In this document: positions 21,014 to 32,500 of the stretch, piece after piece
Numbering within the stretch: position 1 is the stretch's first letter
How the letters are laid out: each line of letters starts with the position of its first letter
From: Promethearchaeota archaeon
GTDB lineage: Archaea > Asgardarchaeota > Lokiarchaeia > Sigyniarchaeales > SOKP01
Direction of reading: 5' to 3'
Assembly (NCBI GenBank): GCA_016839745.1
Contig: JAEOTS010000045.1
Location: 1 to 64,000, forward strand
DNA length: 64,000 bases
Notes under the pieces: model-generated
What the model was told of the DNA's origin: nothing
Database searches by the model: none
Seen by the model: the letters and a program-made list of their open reading frames with translations, nothing else
Program-made: the position numbers and the translations under genes

Positions 21014-21580
21014 ATGGAACGTAAAGCTGTTTTAAAGTGGTTAAAAATTTTTAGTGTTAGTTTCTTAATTCTTTCTATAGTTGAACTCCTTGATTTAATA
21101 TTTATTAGTTCTTTAATTAATTTAAATTTAGATAGCACGCAGTATAGTATTATTAGCATAATTTTTCAATCCAATTTTATGACAATTCACGCTATGCTTT
21201 TATGGATCATTTTATTATGCATAATTTGTAGTTTTATCATTTTATCGTTCTCGATTTTTAGAGTTGCTACAAGGAATAAGATCAAAGACTACATACTCGC
21301 TAAGTTTTTACTGCTCATTGGTTTGTTTCTAATAATAGGGGATTTTATTAAAACAAATTTCATTTTATTATTAGGTAACAGCACTATAAAAACGGGTATA
21401 ACCACTATTACATTACAAGACGCGCTTTATACGCCATCTATTACTCCTATATTCGGGGCTATAATGTGGATTTATTTTACTGTTGTTGTAAGTTGTTTTT
21501 TAATCTCTGGATTAATATTTGGTGGAATAGGTCTTAAGTGGATGCTTCTTATCCAAGATGAAGAAACTTCCAAACAATAA
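21014..21580 (+). CDS. Hypothetical membrane protein (4 TM)
   Basis: Four long hydrophobic segments; fills the gap between the two TFB genes. Confidence 0.7.
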   Translation: MERKAVLKWLKIFSVSFLILSIVELLDLIFISSLINLNLDSTQYSIISIIFQSNFMTIHAMLLWIILLCIICSFIILSFSIFRVATRNKIKDYILAKFLLLIGLFLIIGDFIKTNFILLLGNSTIKTGITTITLQDALYTPSITPIFGAIMWIYFTVVVSCFLISGLIFGGIGLKWMLLIQDEETSKQ

Positions 21581-21678
21581 AATTAAATTAACAAAATTTG
21601 TTTCTTTTGTTCGAAAATAAAAAAAAAGAAAAGATAACTTTTTAATCGATCAAGTCGATTAATTTAGCTTTAGTTCAC

Positions 21679-22611
21679 CTAAAGCCTTGATTTTATTTGT
21701 TTTGCCCTGCTACGTAGTGTCACTTCGGTTATTTTAGCTATATCAGCCACAAGAGATTGAGTTCTTCTAATAGCTCCATCCTTTGCTGCGATATAGATAC
21801 AAGCGGCAGCTAATCCTTTAGGGTCTTTCCCTGTGCGCGCTAAACCGTTCTGAGATGCCGTTCTTAACATGTCAATTGCATCCTTTTGAACCTTCATAGG
21901 CAATTCTAATTCGTTTCCAAATCTAAAAACTAAAATTTCAGCTGTTATAGGCTGATATCTCAACCCTAATTGAGGTAATACTTCCCTTATAATCATAGCT
22001 AAACTTCTGTGAACAGTTCTTCTAGGCGTTAAAGAAGCCTCACATACTTCGTCTAATAATCGTGGAAAGTCATGAACTCGAATCGCAGCGTATAAAGAAC
22101 CTGCGATGAAACCATTAATTGATCTTCCCATTGTTAATTTTTTCTTGGCAACAATACTGTAAATCTTCCAAGCTGTTTCTGAAATGTATTCTGGAATGTT
22201 TAATTTTGAAGTTAACATTTTTAATTTGGGTTTAGCTTCCCAGAAATTTCTTTCTATGCTTGAAATTAACGAATTTTGAATTTTAGATAAACGTGAAAAT
22301 AAAGCTTGTTCTTTAGGTCCTATTGATTTGCCTTTTGAATCGGTCTTTGTGGTCGGAAGCATCGTTCTCGGGCCAAAATCTCGCCAACGAGGTTCAGTTC
22401 GTCTTCTATTTTGGATTTCTTCTACAGTATAGGCTCTTCTCTCGTTACCTACATATGTTCGCTCTGCAATCATGCCACAATTTAGACATACTTTATTACC
22501 ATCGCGCTCTTCGATGGAAGGATTAGTACAACAATCAACCTTTTTACTAGAGGGCAAATTATCTTGATCAATATTTTTAGTTTTTATTAGATCACGGTAA
22601 TTGCTATTCAT
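21679..22611 (-). CDS. tfb: Transcription initiation factor IIB (TFB)
   Basis: Zn ribbon CC...VCLNCG, ERRAYT reader, SIERNF, GRSI, GKDPKGLAAACIYIA, ITEVTLRSR. Confidence 0.93.
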   Translation of the reverse strand: MNSNYRDLIKTKNIDQDNLPSSKKVDCCTNPSIEERDGNKVCLNCGMIAERTYVGNERRAYTVEEIQNRRRTEPRWRDFGPRTMLPTTKTDSKGKSIGPKEQALFSRLSKIQNSLISSIERNFWEAKPKLKMLTSKLNIPEYISETAWKIYSIVAKKKLTMGRSINGFIAGSLYAAIRVHDFPRLLDEVCEASLTPRRTVHRSLAMIIREVLPQLGLRYQPITAEILVFRFGNELELPMKVQKDAIDMLRTASQNGLARTGKDPKGLAAACIYIAAKDGAIRRTQSLVADIAKITEVTLRSRAKQIKSRL

Positions 22612-22894
22612 ATTATATCACAAAAAATGTGTCATTATAACATTCAAATGGTACCATCTAAACATAAGATTGTATAAAAAATTAGATGTTGTTACGACTT
22701 TAATAATGTAATAATATGTATGTATCCAATCTGCATTTATAAATCTTTGTCTTGAAAATTATAGTGCATCATTAGAGGGGGAATAAAATGGGACACAAAC
22801 AATAATAATTTACCCCTCTCTGTCAATATTTAATCAAAAACAATAAAATTTTAGATTTATGCCCTTCTTAATGTAACTAAGAAAATAACTAAAT

Positions 22895-23422
22895 ATGGTT
22901 TATAGAATGGAATTTTACGATGTTGTGAGAAAAAGAAGGAGTTATAGAGTGTATAAACCCGATATACCCGAAGAAGATAAGATTAATCGAATTTTAGAGG
23001 CTGCTAGATTAGCTCCAACCTGGGCTAATAAGCAAGGAATGGAATATATTGTCGTTAAAGACCCTGAAACGGTAAAAAGAGTTTGGAATGCGGTTGGTCA
23101 ATCGCAGAAATTTGTTGAAGCTCCCATGTTTATCGTAGGTATTATTTCTGAATCGGGATCTGGAAGTAATTCCAATGGGATAAAATATTTTCCTTTAGAT
23201 TGTGGAATCTGTTTTGAACATCTAATTTTAGCGGCAACCGCTGAAGGGTTAGCTACTTGTTGGATTGGTTGGTTCAATGAAACCAAGATACAAGAAATTC
23301 TCGACATACCAAAAAAATTCAGAGTTTTGGCATTAACACCTTTGGGATATCCTGTTAAAGAAAAAGGAGAAGTCAAAGATCGAAAACCTCTTGAAGAAAT
23401 CGTACATTTTGATAAATTCTAA
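22895..23422 (+). CDS. Nitroreductase family protein
   Basis: RRSYRVY, ARLAPTWANKQ, LAATAEGLATCWIG, LGYP, RKPLEEIVH. Confidence 0.93.
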   Translation: MVYRMEFYDVVRKRRSYRVYKPDIPEEDKINRILEAARLAPTWANKQGMEYIVVKDPETVKRVWNAVGQSQKFVEAPMFIVGIISESGSGSNSNGIKYFPLDCGICFEHLILAATAEGLATCWIGWFNETKIQEILDIPKKFRVLALTPLGYPVKEKGEVKDRKPLEEIVHFDKF

Positions 23423-23485
23423 TTTTTTTGAAATCCTACTTCATTAAGGAGTAAAGGTAAAATAATTTCTAATTTTATTTTATTT

Positions 23486-25204
23486 ATGCATATTGTTAGA
23501 ATCAATGTAAAAACACATAAAATCAATTACGAAGAGATACTTAACGATTCAAAACATTTTTTATTAGGAGCTCGAGGGCTAACTTCGCAAATCGTTCACG
23601 ATGAGGTTCCGCCCCGATGCGATCCGTTAGGACCAGAAAATAAACTAATTTTGGCAAACGGTATACTAACGGGAAGTCCATTTCCAAATTCGGCTCGCAC
23701 TTCAGTGGGTAGTAAAAGTCCTTTAACAAAGGGTATAAAAGAAGCAAATGTGGGGGGCAGACCTTCACTAATGCTCGCTAAACATGGTATACGAGCCTTA
23801 GTCTTTGAAGATATATCCTCTGATTTAAAAATGCTTTTAATAAATGAGAAGGGAATCGAGTTATTACCCGGTACTGAATATAAGGGATTAGGAAACTACG
23901 AACTACATCAAATATTAAGAGGCAAATATGGAGAAAATATTGGAATTTACTCTATAGGACCGGCAGGTGAACATAAGATGATATCAGCGAGCGTCGCTGC
24001 CAACGATTTAGAAGGATATCCAAGCAGACACGCGGCTCGAGGTGGTTTAGGGGCAGTTATGGGTTCAAAAGGGATCAAGGCCATTGTTATTCTACCTCCG
24101 AAAGAATCAAAAGTAAAAATGCACGATTTAAAAAAATTCAGGGAGGTTTCAACTCCTTTTGCCAAAGAACTAGCTAACACTAAAAAAGTCTTTTCTACAT
24201 TTGGGACAGCTTTGATGATGAGGATAATGAGCGAACATCAAGGAATCCCTACGAAAAACTTTAGAATGGGATCCTTCGATAAAATTTCGAACATTAGTGG
24301 CGAAAAACTCCATGATCTCGTAATTGCGAGGGGGGGAAAGAAAAATTTAGCTTGCTCTCCTTATTGCGTTATAAAATGCTCTAATTTTGTTGTAGACGCG
24401 AACGGTAACCATATAACTTCCAGCCTTGAATATGAAACGATGTGCTTAAATGGAACTAATTTACTTATTGACGACTTAGATAGCTTAGCTAAAATTGATC
24501 ATTTCTGCGACGATGTAGGAGTCGATACTATAGAGTTTGGAGGTACTATTGGTGTTGCTATGGATTGTGGTAAGATTCCTTGGGGAGATGCAAATTCAGT
24601 TTTTAATATCTTAGATAAAGAAATCCGGGAGAACACCGATGTTGGCAGATTGTATGGTAATGGCGTTAAAAATATTGGAGAGAAATTAAACGCTCAGAGG
24701 ATACCAGAAGTAAAAGGACAAGGTATTTCTGCGTATGATCCAAGAGTTTTTAAAGGAATGGGTGTTACATACGCAACAAGTCCAATGGGTGCCGATCATA
24801 CAAGTGGAGCAGCAATAGCCGGCAGAGTAGCAAGTCAAACCAAAGATTATGGCGAACTCACTAAAAACGAAGGAAAGTTTGAATTATCATTTGAATTACA
24901 AGTTTATACTACAATCTTGGATTCAATGGGCTGTTGTTATTTTATTGGACCAAGTTACGAGAACATGGAGATTGTAACTGCTGCTATTAACGCGATGTAT
25001 AATCTAGATTTATCAAGAGAGGATGTAATTAATATTGGAAAACAAATTCTTAAAACCGAGCTCACATTCAACGAGAAAGCAGGTATTTCCAAAAATACAA
25101 ATGATGTTCCTGACTTTTTTAAGCTTGAGCCTTCTGAGCCTAGTGGTTTAAAATTTACATTTTCTAGAGAAGAATTACAAGATTTTTGGGAGAATTTAGA
25201 TTAA
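23486..25204 (+). CDS. Aldehyde ferredoxin oxidoreductase (W/Mo-pterin AOR family)
   Basis: KSPLT, IGPAGE, AARGGLGAVMGSKG, CSPYCVIKC, EYET, CDDVGVDTI, GADHT. Confidence 0.93.
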   Translation: MHIVRINVKTHKINYEEILNDSKHFLLGARGLTSQIVHDEVPPRCDPLGPENKLILANGILTGSPFPNSARTSVGSKSPLTKGIKEANVGGRPSLMLAKHGIRALVFEDISSDLKMLLINEKGIELLPGTEYKGLGNYELHQILRGKYGENIGIYSIGPAGEHKMISASVAANDLEGYPSRHAARGGLGAVMGSKGIKAIVILPPKESKVKMHDLKKFREVSTPFAKELANTKKVFSTFGTALMMRIMSEHQGIPTKNFRMGSFDKISNISGEKLHDLVIARGGKKNLACSPYCVIKCSNFVVDANGNHITSSLEYETMCLNGTNLLIDDLDSLAKIDHFCDDVGVDTIEFGGTIGVAMDCGKIPWGDANSVFNILDKEIRENTDVGRLYGNGVKNIGEKLNAQRIPEVKGQGISAYDPRVFKGMGVTYATSPMGADHTSGAAIAGRVASQTKDYGELTKNEGKFELSFELQVYTTILDSMGCCYFIGPSYENMEIVTAAINAMYNLDLSREDVINIGKQILKTELTFNEKAGISKNTNDVPDFFKLEPSEPSGLKFTFSREELQDFWENLD

Positions 25205-25224
25205 ACAATAAACTCATAATTCAG

Positions 25225-25770
25225 TTAAATGTAGTTCAGTAAACCCTTTTTTCTCATTATAAATTCAGCTGTGATTATGAAAAATAACCCAGGAAGAAGA
25301 GTTGGCATTAAAAAAAGAACTATTACGATTATCTCTTCTAAACTCAACCATAAAATAATATTAAGAACAAAAGAACTAAGACCGCTTAGTGCGAAAAGTA
25401 TCTTGAGTCTTCGATATAATGAAAGTGAAAAGTGCCAACAACAGATTAACAATAGATTTGAGCTTTCGATTAATATAAACATCATGATAAGCAATGTGTT
25501 ATATGAGAAAATTGCGATAATATTTATTATAGCAGTATCAACAGCGATTAAAAATAAGAATTTCGTTGTATTTTTAATAAAAAAATCTTGTTCTAGTTTT
25601 AAGACTACACTAAGTAAAAATGATGGCAGAATTATACAAATTAGTAGTAGATATAATATTAGATCATTTAGAGCTAACATATTAAATAGAATCGATAAAA
25701 TTAGACTTAATAAAATTAGAAATGAACCTAAGATTCTAAAAAATGCTCCTTTTTTACCTTGAATGATCAT
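25225..25770 (-). CDS. Hypothetical membrane protein (about 6 TM)
   Basis: Strongly hydrophobic with basic N- and C-termini. Confidence 0.7.
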   Translation of the reverse strand: MIIQGKKGAFFRILGSFLILLSLILSILFNMLALNDLILYLLLICIILPSFLLSVVLKLEQDFFIKNTTKFLFLIAVDTAIINIIAIFSYNTLLIMMFILIESSNLLLICCWHFSLSLYRRLKILFALSGLSSFVLNIILWLSLEEIIVIVLFLMPTLLPGLFFIITAEFIMRKKGLLNYI

Positions 25771-25907
25771 TTCTAAACCGTTTTAGATAATTAATGACTA
25801 ATAAGATCTAGATAACTCTAAGAAATTATAAATTTAAATAGAAAAAAAAGTATTTTGAATTAAGTGATAATTTTTAGAAATTTATAAAGATAAGAGTAAT
25901 GTGAAAA

Positions 25908-27278
25908 ATGAATAAGGAATCCATTTTGATAAAACTGGAGGATATCGTAGGAAAGGATTTTGCAACAAATAGTTCGGAAGATTTGTATATTTATTCTCAA
26001 GATCCTGGAGCTTCGATACCTAGACATGTTGATTTCGTCGTTATGCCAGGTACATCCGTGGAAGTTCAAGAAATAGTAAAATTAGCAAACCAAGAGAAGA
26101 TACCAATAGTTCCCATGGGTGGTGGTCTCACATTAAGTGGACTAATAATTCCGGTAAAGGGCGGAATAGTTTTAGATATGAAGCGAATGAACCAAATAAT
26201 AGAAATTAATCCGTTTAGCCGGTATGCCCTTATTGAGGCAGGAGTCACCACTGGCCAGATACTTTCACATCTGAATGACAATTACCCCGATCTCCAACCA
26301 CCAATTCCTGACGCTCCACCTTCAGCTACAGTAGCCGGGAATATGTTAATTCATGGCTCAGGATATCTATCTCAGAGATACGGAGGTCATGGAGCTATGA
26401 TTAATGGTCTTGAAGTTGTCTTAGCTAACGGAGAAATTTGTAAATTAGGATCGTGTGCGGTTTCTGATTATTGGTTTGATAGAGGGCCAATTCCAGATTT
26501 TATAGGCTTATTTATTAGCGCTTTTGGGACAATGGGAGTAATTACCAAGCTTTCGATACAACTATTTCCAAAACCAAAAATGAGAGATATTATTTTTGGA
26601 TTAATGAGTGATCCTAAAGACTTACCAGACTTGTTACTGAAAATCACGGCGACGGGATATGCTGAAGACATACTTCTAGGAAAGCAAGATAAACCTGAAT
26701 GGATGAAGGGTTATGTTTTTATTATGACTTATATTACGGGTGACTCAGAGGAAGATATAGATCGCCAAACAAAAACTCTTAAGCGTATCTATCGAAAGTC
26801 TAACGCGAGATTTATGAAAGCTCCGGAAAAAATGCGAGATCTTTATTTGGATAAACCAATATTTGCTGCAGGAGCCGCTGATTTTAGAAAAGGAGGTGGA
26901 TTCGAATATGTAGGTGCGTTTATGCCTCTTGAAAAAATTCCCGAAGCATATGAAAAGGGTGCAGATATCGCAAGAAAATATGGAATTACCCCAACTTTAG
27001 GCTCTCGGTTAATAGGGGGCGTTCATACAATAGTAATGTTCTTTTCTTATTCCTTCAATAGAGCTAATCCCCAAGATATGGAAAATGCACGTAAAGCACT
27101 TTATGAAACTAATAAATTAGCTTTAGAATTAGGAGGTATTCCATGGAAAGCTGAGCTAGAAGGACAACGATTAATCCTTGAAAAAATGGATACTAGCTAT
27201 AACAAATTAATGAAAACGATACAAAGCACCTTGGATCCAAATGGTATTATGAATCCAGGAAATTGGGAGGTGAAATAA
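25908..27278 (+). CDS. FAD-binding oxidoreductase (GlcD/D-lactate dehydrogenase-like)
   Basis: PMGGGLTLSG, EAGV, ATVAGN, GLEVVLANG, GTMGVITK, LDPNGIMNPG. Confidence 0.9.
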   Translation: MNKESILIKLEDIVGKDFATNSSEDLYIYSQDPGASIPRHVDFVVMPGTSVEVQEIVKLANQEKIPIVPMGGGLTLSGLIIPVKGGIVLDMKRMNQIIEINPFSRYALIEAGVTTGQILSHLNDNYPDLQPPIPDAPPSATVAGNMLIHGSGYLSQRYGGHGAMINGLEVVLANGEICKLGSCAVSDYWFDRGPIPDFIGLFISAFGTMGVITKLSIQLFPKPKMRDIIFGLMSDPKDLPDLLLKITATGYAEDILLGKQDKPEWMKGYVFIMTYITGDSEEDIDRQTKTLKRIYRKSNARFMKAPEKMRDLYLDKPIFAAGAADFRKGGGFEYVGAFMPLEKIPEAYEKGADIARKYGITPTLGSRLIGGVHTIVMFFSYSFNRANPQDMENARKALYETNKLALELGGIPWKAELEGQRLILEKMDTSYNKLMKTIQSTLDPNGIMNPGNWEVK

Positions 27279-27280
27279 AT

Positions 27281-28465
27281 TTGGAATTAAAATTAGAACA
27301 AGATTGGAAGGATATAGTTCATAGGTGTTTTAGATGTGGTTATTGTAAATTTACGTATGAATTTTCTGATTTCAATTGCCCAAGTTATAAAAAATATCGG
27401 TTTGAGACTTATTCCACTGGTGGGAGGTTATGGCTCATTTATGGTTTAATAAGTGGAGAAATTCCGTGGAGTCAGAGCGTAGCAAATGTACTTTATGCAT
27501 GCTCTACATGCGGAAACTGTACCGAAAATTGTAGGTTTGACAAATTTAACGATTTTTTGGTAGATATTATTGAAGCTGCTCGAGCAGAAGCAGTGATAAA
27601 AGGATTTTGTCCCGAGAGGCAAAAAGCTCTAACGGAACGTATTGAGAATCACGAAATGTTTAATCCGTACGGAGAACTGAACTCAAATAACGAAGATTTA
27701 AAGAAAGAGTATAATTTACCAGACAAGGCAGAATGGGTTTATTATATAGGTTGTACATCTAATTATCGTCAAAAAAATTTAAGAGATGCTACCTTAAGGT
27801 TTCTCAAAAATGCAAAACTCGATTTTACTTTAATTGATGAGCATTGTTGCTGTAGTCCGCTAATGAGAACTGGTCAAACAATTTCTGTTAAAGACTTCAT
27901 AAATTTCAATATTACTAAAATAAACGAGGTAGGAGCATCAAAGGTCATCACTTCGTGTGCAGGTTGTTATCGTACATTAAAAAAGGATTGGTTAAAATAT
28001 GGTGCCGACTACGATTTTCAGGTATACCACACAGTAGAATTAGTTAAAGAGTTAATGGAAGAAGGAAGATTAAAATTTCATTCAGAATATAATAAAACCA
28101 TTACTTATCACGACCCTTGCCACCTTGGAAGACATATGGATATCTACCAGCCCCCAAGAGAAGTGTACAAACAAATTCCCGGAGTTCAACTTGTAGAAAT
28201 GAGAAGAAATCGGGAAAATACTTGGTGCTGTGGCGCCGGGGGTGGTGTAAAAATAGGTTATCCTGAGTGGTCTGTTGAGATTTCAAAGGAAAGACTTGAG
28301 GAAGCAAAAACTACAGGCGCATCTGTAATATCGTCAGTGTGTCCATTTTGTAGAACAAATTTAAGCGATGCTAACGATAAATTTGGCATGAACCTTGAGG
28401 TTATCGATTTAATTGAAATATTAGATAAATTAGATTACGATATTACTGATAGAAACATTGATTAA
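27281..28465 (+). CDS. Fe-S oxidoreductase with CCG domains (GlcF/HdrD-like)
   Basis: CFRCGYC, CSTCGNC, GCTS, CCCSP, SCAGC, YHDPCHLGR, CCGAGGG, CPFC. Likely start is TTG at 27281 behind GGAGGTG (track gives 27263). Confidence 0.9.
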   Translation: MELKLEQDWKDIVHRCFRCGYCKFTYEFSDFNCPSYKKYRFETYSTGGRLWLIYGLISGEIPWSQSVANVLYACSTCGNCTENCRFDKFNDFLVDIIEAARAEAVIKGFCPERQKALTERIENHEMFNPYGELNSNNEDLKKEYNLPDKAEWVYYIGCTSNYRQKNLRDATLRFLKNAKLDFTLIDEHCCCSPLMRTGQTISVKDFINFNITKINEVGASKVITSCAGCYRTLKKDWLKYGADYDFQVYHTVELVKELMEEGRLKFHSEYNKTITYHDPCHLGRHMDIYQPPREVYKQIPGVQLVEMRRNRENTWCCGAGGGVKIGYPEWSVEISKERLEEAKTTGASVISSVCPFCRTNLSDANDKFGMNLEVIDLIEILDKLDYDITDRNID

Positions 28466-28523
28466 ATAAATTCATTGCTTACTAGTATAATAAAAAATTT
28501 TTTAATTTAAAGGTGTTAATACA

Positions 28524-29393
28524 ATGAGGTTAGGAGCTCACATGAGCGTTTCAGACGGCAAATACATGGCATTTCATAGGGGTAGAGAACTTAAATGTGA
28601 ATCTATTCAAGTTTTTATCAGAAATGTTCGCTCTTGGTCGACAAAACCTTTAGATCAGAAAGATATCGATGAATTCCTTAAAACTAAAGATGATTTTAAA
28701 AACGAAATATGGCCGGTGATAAGTCATAATAGTTATTTAATCAATTTAGCAAGTATCGATAGTGAAAAATTAGAGAAATCTTATAATGCAATGTTGGATG
28801 AACTTCAAAAGGCCACCCAATTAGGTATCGAATATGAAAATATGCATCCTGGTGTTATCCCTGTTAAAGATAAGGAAAAGATTTCTAAACAAGAAGCATT
28901 TGTTCAAATCGCTACTCAGTTAAATAAATTAATGGATGATACTAAAGGATCTAAAGTTAAGATACTACTAGAAACTACTGCTGGGCAAGGGAAAGGATTA
29001 GGTAATAAATTTCACCATTTTGAAACAATAATAAATAAAATAAAAGATAAGAGTAGGATTGGAATTTGCTTTGATACAGCACATTCTTTTGCTGCAGGTT
29101 ATGATTTTACCACTAAAAAGAAGTATACCGAAATGTGGAACGATTTTAATGATACGATTGGATTGAAATATCTTTTTGCATTTCATCTAAACGATACCGA
29201 AAAAGAATTAGGATCTCGGGTCGATCGTCATACGCACATTGGTCACGGAAAGATTGGAAAAGAACCGTTTGGTTTTTTCTTGAACGACGATAGATTTACG
29301 GATACTCCAGGAATTTTAGAAACTCCTAAAGGGGAGGATTTAAAGGAAGATAAAATGAACCTTAAAACTTTGAGAGATTTAATAAAACCATAG
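28524..29393 (+). CDS. nfo: Endonuclease IV (AP endonuclease)
   Basis: GAHMS, HNSYLINLAS, HPG, LETTAGQG, CFDTAH, HLND, DRHTHIG, ILETP. Confidence 0.95.
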   Translation: MRLGAHMSVSDGKYMAFHRGRELKCESIQVFIRNVRSWSTKPLDQKDIDEFLKTKDDFKNEIWPVISHNSYLINLASIDSEKLEKSYNAMLDELQKATQLGIEYENMHPGVIPVKDKEKISKQEAFVQIATQLNKLMDDTKGSKVKILLETTAGQGKGLGNKFHHFETIINKIKDKSRIGICFDTAHSFAAGYDFTTKKKYTEMWNDFNDTIGLKYLFAFHLNDTEKELGSRVDRHTHIGHGKIGKEPFGFFLNDDRFTDTPGILETPKGEDLKEDKMNLKTLRDLIKP

Positions 29394-29503
29394 GCTATTT
29401 GTGAGCTGAAACATCAAAGAACTCTCGAGAAGAGAAGTAAATCGCGAAAATTTTTAATTTTTCTATCTTTTTTACATTAAAAAGTGAAAAAAAAGGGGTA
29501 TAG

Positions 29504-32500
29504 TTATTTCTTCTTTTGTTTTTCCAAGATAATTAATGAAAGTATCGTTATGAACGTAAATAGCATGTAGTAATACCCAAATGAAATTATAGGTCCTTCG
29601 TCCAAATCTTCGGGAATCGCAATGATAACCTCTACATCTTTGAAACCTATATTTCCATAAGTATCATTTGCGTAGAACCTAATTGTAATTCTACCTTCAC
29701 TTAAAGCTTCCCAGGCTGTTTGATTAAACGTACCGGTCAAACTCGTGATGATGTAAATCGTTTCCCCTCCATCGAGAGTGTACCAAATCGTATCTAAATC
29801 GAGTTCATCTATAGATATTATGTAATTTGGAGCATTTAAACCAAATATGCTAATAAAAAAAGGAAAGTTTATTGTAATAACAGGAGCAGTGTCATCCCTA
29901 TATATTGGAAAATTATCTTGACTACCAGCTGTACCTGAGATTATGTATGGTGTATCGCCTATGCCGTCGAAGTTGGCATCAACGCCATAGTAATAATCCC
30001 AGTAATTACCAATAGTTCCATTGTCCCATTTGTTATTAACTCCATCATCTACAGCCTCAATCATATTATTAATAAAATGATTTAAAAAGATTAAATTGTA
30101 ATTACTAGTAGAGTCTAACCATATTCCATAATAACTATTACTTAATATATTTCCCGAAAGCGTGTTGTTATTGCTATAACCTAAAAACATTCCTGCAGTA
30201 CAATCTGAAATATTTAACTCTGAAATTATCGAGTTGTTACAATTAATCAAAATAATTTGCCCCGCGTTCGTGAAATTACTCGATTCTAAACCTGTTTCAT
30301 TTACATAATAATAGACCGGTTTGTTGTTTACAAGGTTTGTATCATCAATACTGTGCGATGCCATTTCTACTAATAGTCCATAAAGAGAGATTCCGCAAAA
30401 ATTCAATAAATTCCCCGAGAGCGTGTTGTAATTACTATAATCTAAATTTATTCCTTTATAATTGCTATTTACGGTATTTCCCGAGAGCGTGTTGTAATTA
30501 CTATATTCTAAATATATTCCTCTATAATTGCTATTTACGGTATTTCCCGAAAGCGTGTTGTTATCACTACCCCATAAATATATTCCATAAAAATTGTTAT
30601 TACTAGCGGTATTTCCCGAAAGCGTGTTGTTATCACAATCCATTGATAATGATATTCCAAGATTATTGTTATAACTGACATTATTTCCCAAAATCCTGTT
30701 ATTAACACATTCAAAATCTAAATTTATTCCATAATTACCGTTATTATTGGCGATATTTCCCGAAAGCGTGTTGTTATCACAATTCCATCCTAAACATATT
30801 CCATAATCACCGTTATTACAGGCGATATTTCCCGAAAGCGTGTTGTTATCACTATCCCATAAATATATTCCATATTGATTATTATTTGCGATATTTCCCG
30901 AAAGCGTATTGTTGACACAATAATATAAATATATTCCAGAACCTTCTGAAATATTTAACTCTGAAATTATCGAGTTGGTACAATTAATCAAAATAATCTG
31001 CCCCGCGTTTGTAAAATTACTCGATTCTAAACCTATTTCATTTGCATAATCATAAACTGGTTTGTTGTTAACAAGGTTTGTTTTGTCAATACTGTGCGAT
31101 ACCATTTCTACTAACGAACCATAAAGAGAAATTCCGCAAAAATTCATTGAATTCATAGAAAGTTTATTATTACTACCTCCCGATAAAGATATTCCCGCAA
31201 AATAGTTATTACTAGCGGTATTTCCCGAAAGCGTGTTGTTATCACAATTCCATCCTAAATATATTCCATAATCTTTGTTATTTGCGGTATTTCCCGAAAG
31301 CGAGTTATTATCACAATACGATTCTAAATTTATGCCATAACCATTGTTATTTGCGATATTTCCCAAAAGCGTGTTGTTATCACAATACCAATTTAAAAAT
31401 ATGCCATAATCATTGTTATTTGCGGTATTTCCCGAAATCGTGTTGTTATCACTATTGTATAAATGTATTCCAGTATAACCGTTATTACTGGCGCTATTTC
31501 CCGAAAGCGTGTTGTTATTGCTATAACCTAAATATATTCCTGTAGTACCATCTGAAAAATTTAACCCTGAAATTATCGAGTTGGTACAATTAATTAAAAT
31601 AATCTGCCCCGCATTCGTAAAATTACTCGATTTTAAACCCATTTCATTTGCATAATAATAGACCGGTTTGTTGTTAACAAGGTTTGTTTTGTCAATACTG
31701 TGCGATACCATTTCTACTAATGAACCATAAAGAGAAATTCCGCAATAATTCATTGAATTCGCAGAAAGTCTATTATTACTACCTCCGTATAAAGATATTC
31801 CATAATCATTGTTATTTGCGGTATTTCCCGAAAGCGTGTTGTTATCACAATACGATTCTATAGATATGCCATAATTATAATTATTACTGGCGGTATTTCC
31901 CAAAAGCGTGTTGTTATCACAATACCAACTTAAATATATGCCATAATAATTATAATTTGCGATATTTCCCGAAAGCGTGTTATTAACACATTCAAAATCT
32001 AAATATATTCCATAAAAATTGTTATTACTAGCGGTATTTCCCAAAAGTGTGTTGTTATTACAACTACTTAAATATATGCCATGAAAATTATTTGAACAAT
32101 CGTTATTTATTATTTTGCCGCTATCGACATTATCTAATTTAATACCGGTATTTTCCCAAGAAGAACCGGAATTATATAATGAACAATTTCGAACAATAAA
32201 GTAGGTATCAGAGTTTTTAATCTCTATGCAATTGCCTGAATATTGTGCGTTAATGGTAACATTCTCGATAACATAAGGATCTGTCCAATTCCCCGAACCA
32301 GAACACCATGGTTGAGCTTCTGCCCAGGTCCAATTGTGAGCCCCGACCCCTGTAGCTAAGTCGTCAATATAAATAGGGTTTCCAGTTAGGTCCCAAAATC
32401 CGGATTGTTTTATTGGAATCTGAGTTTTCTCAATCAAATCGAGATTTATTTTAATATCTGTGCTTACTATACTGGAGAGTAAAGAGATTGTGAGTAATGT

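Noticed and set aside
25271-25762. 163-aa plus-strand ORF
   Set aside because: Antisense shadow of a hydrophobic membrane-protein gene.
30145-32060. CRISPR-like repeat/spacer periodicity
   Set aside because: Units are multiples of 3 within an intact 1009-aa ORF, the spacers resemble each other, and there are no cas genes or leader.
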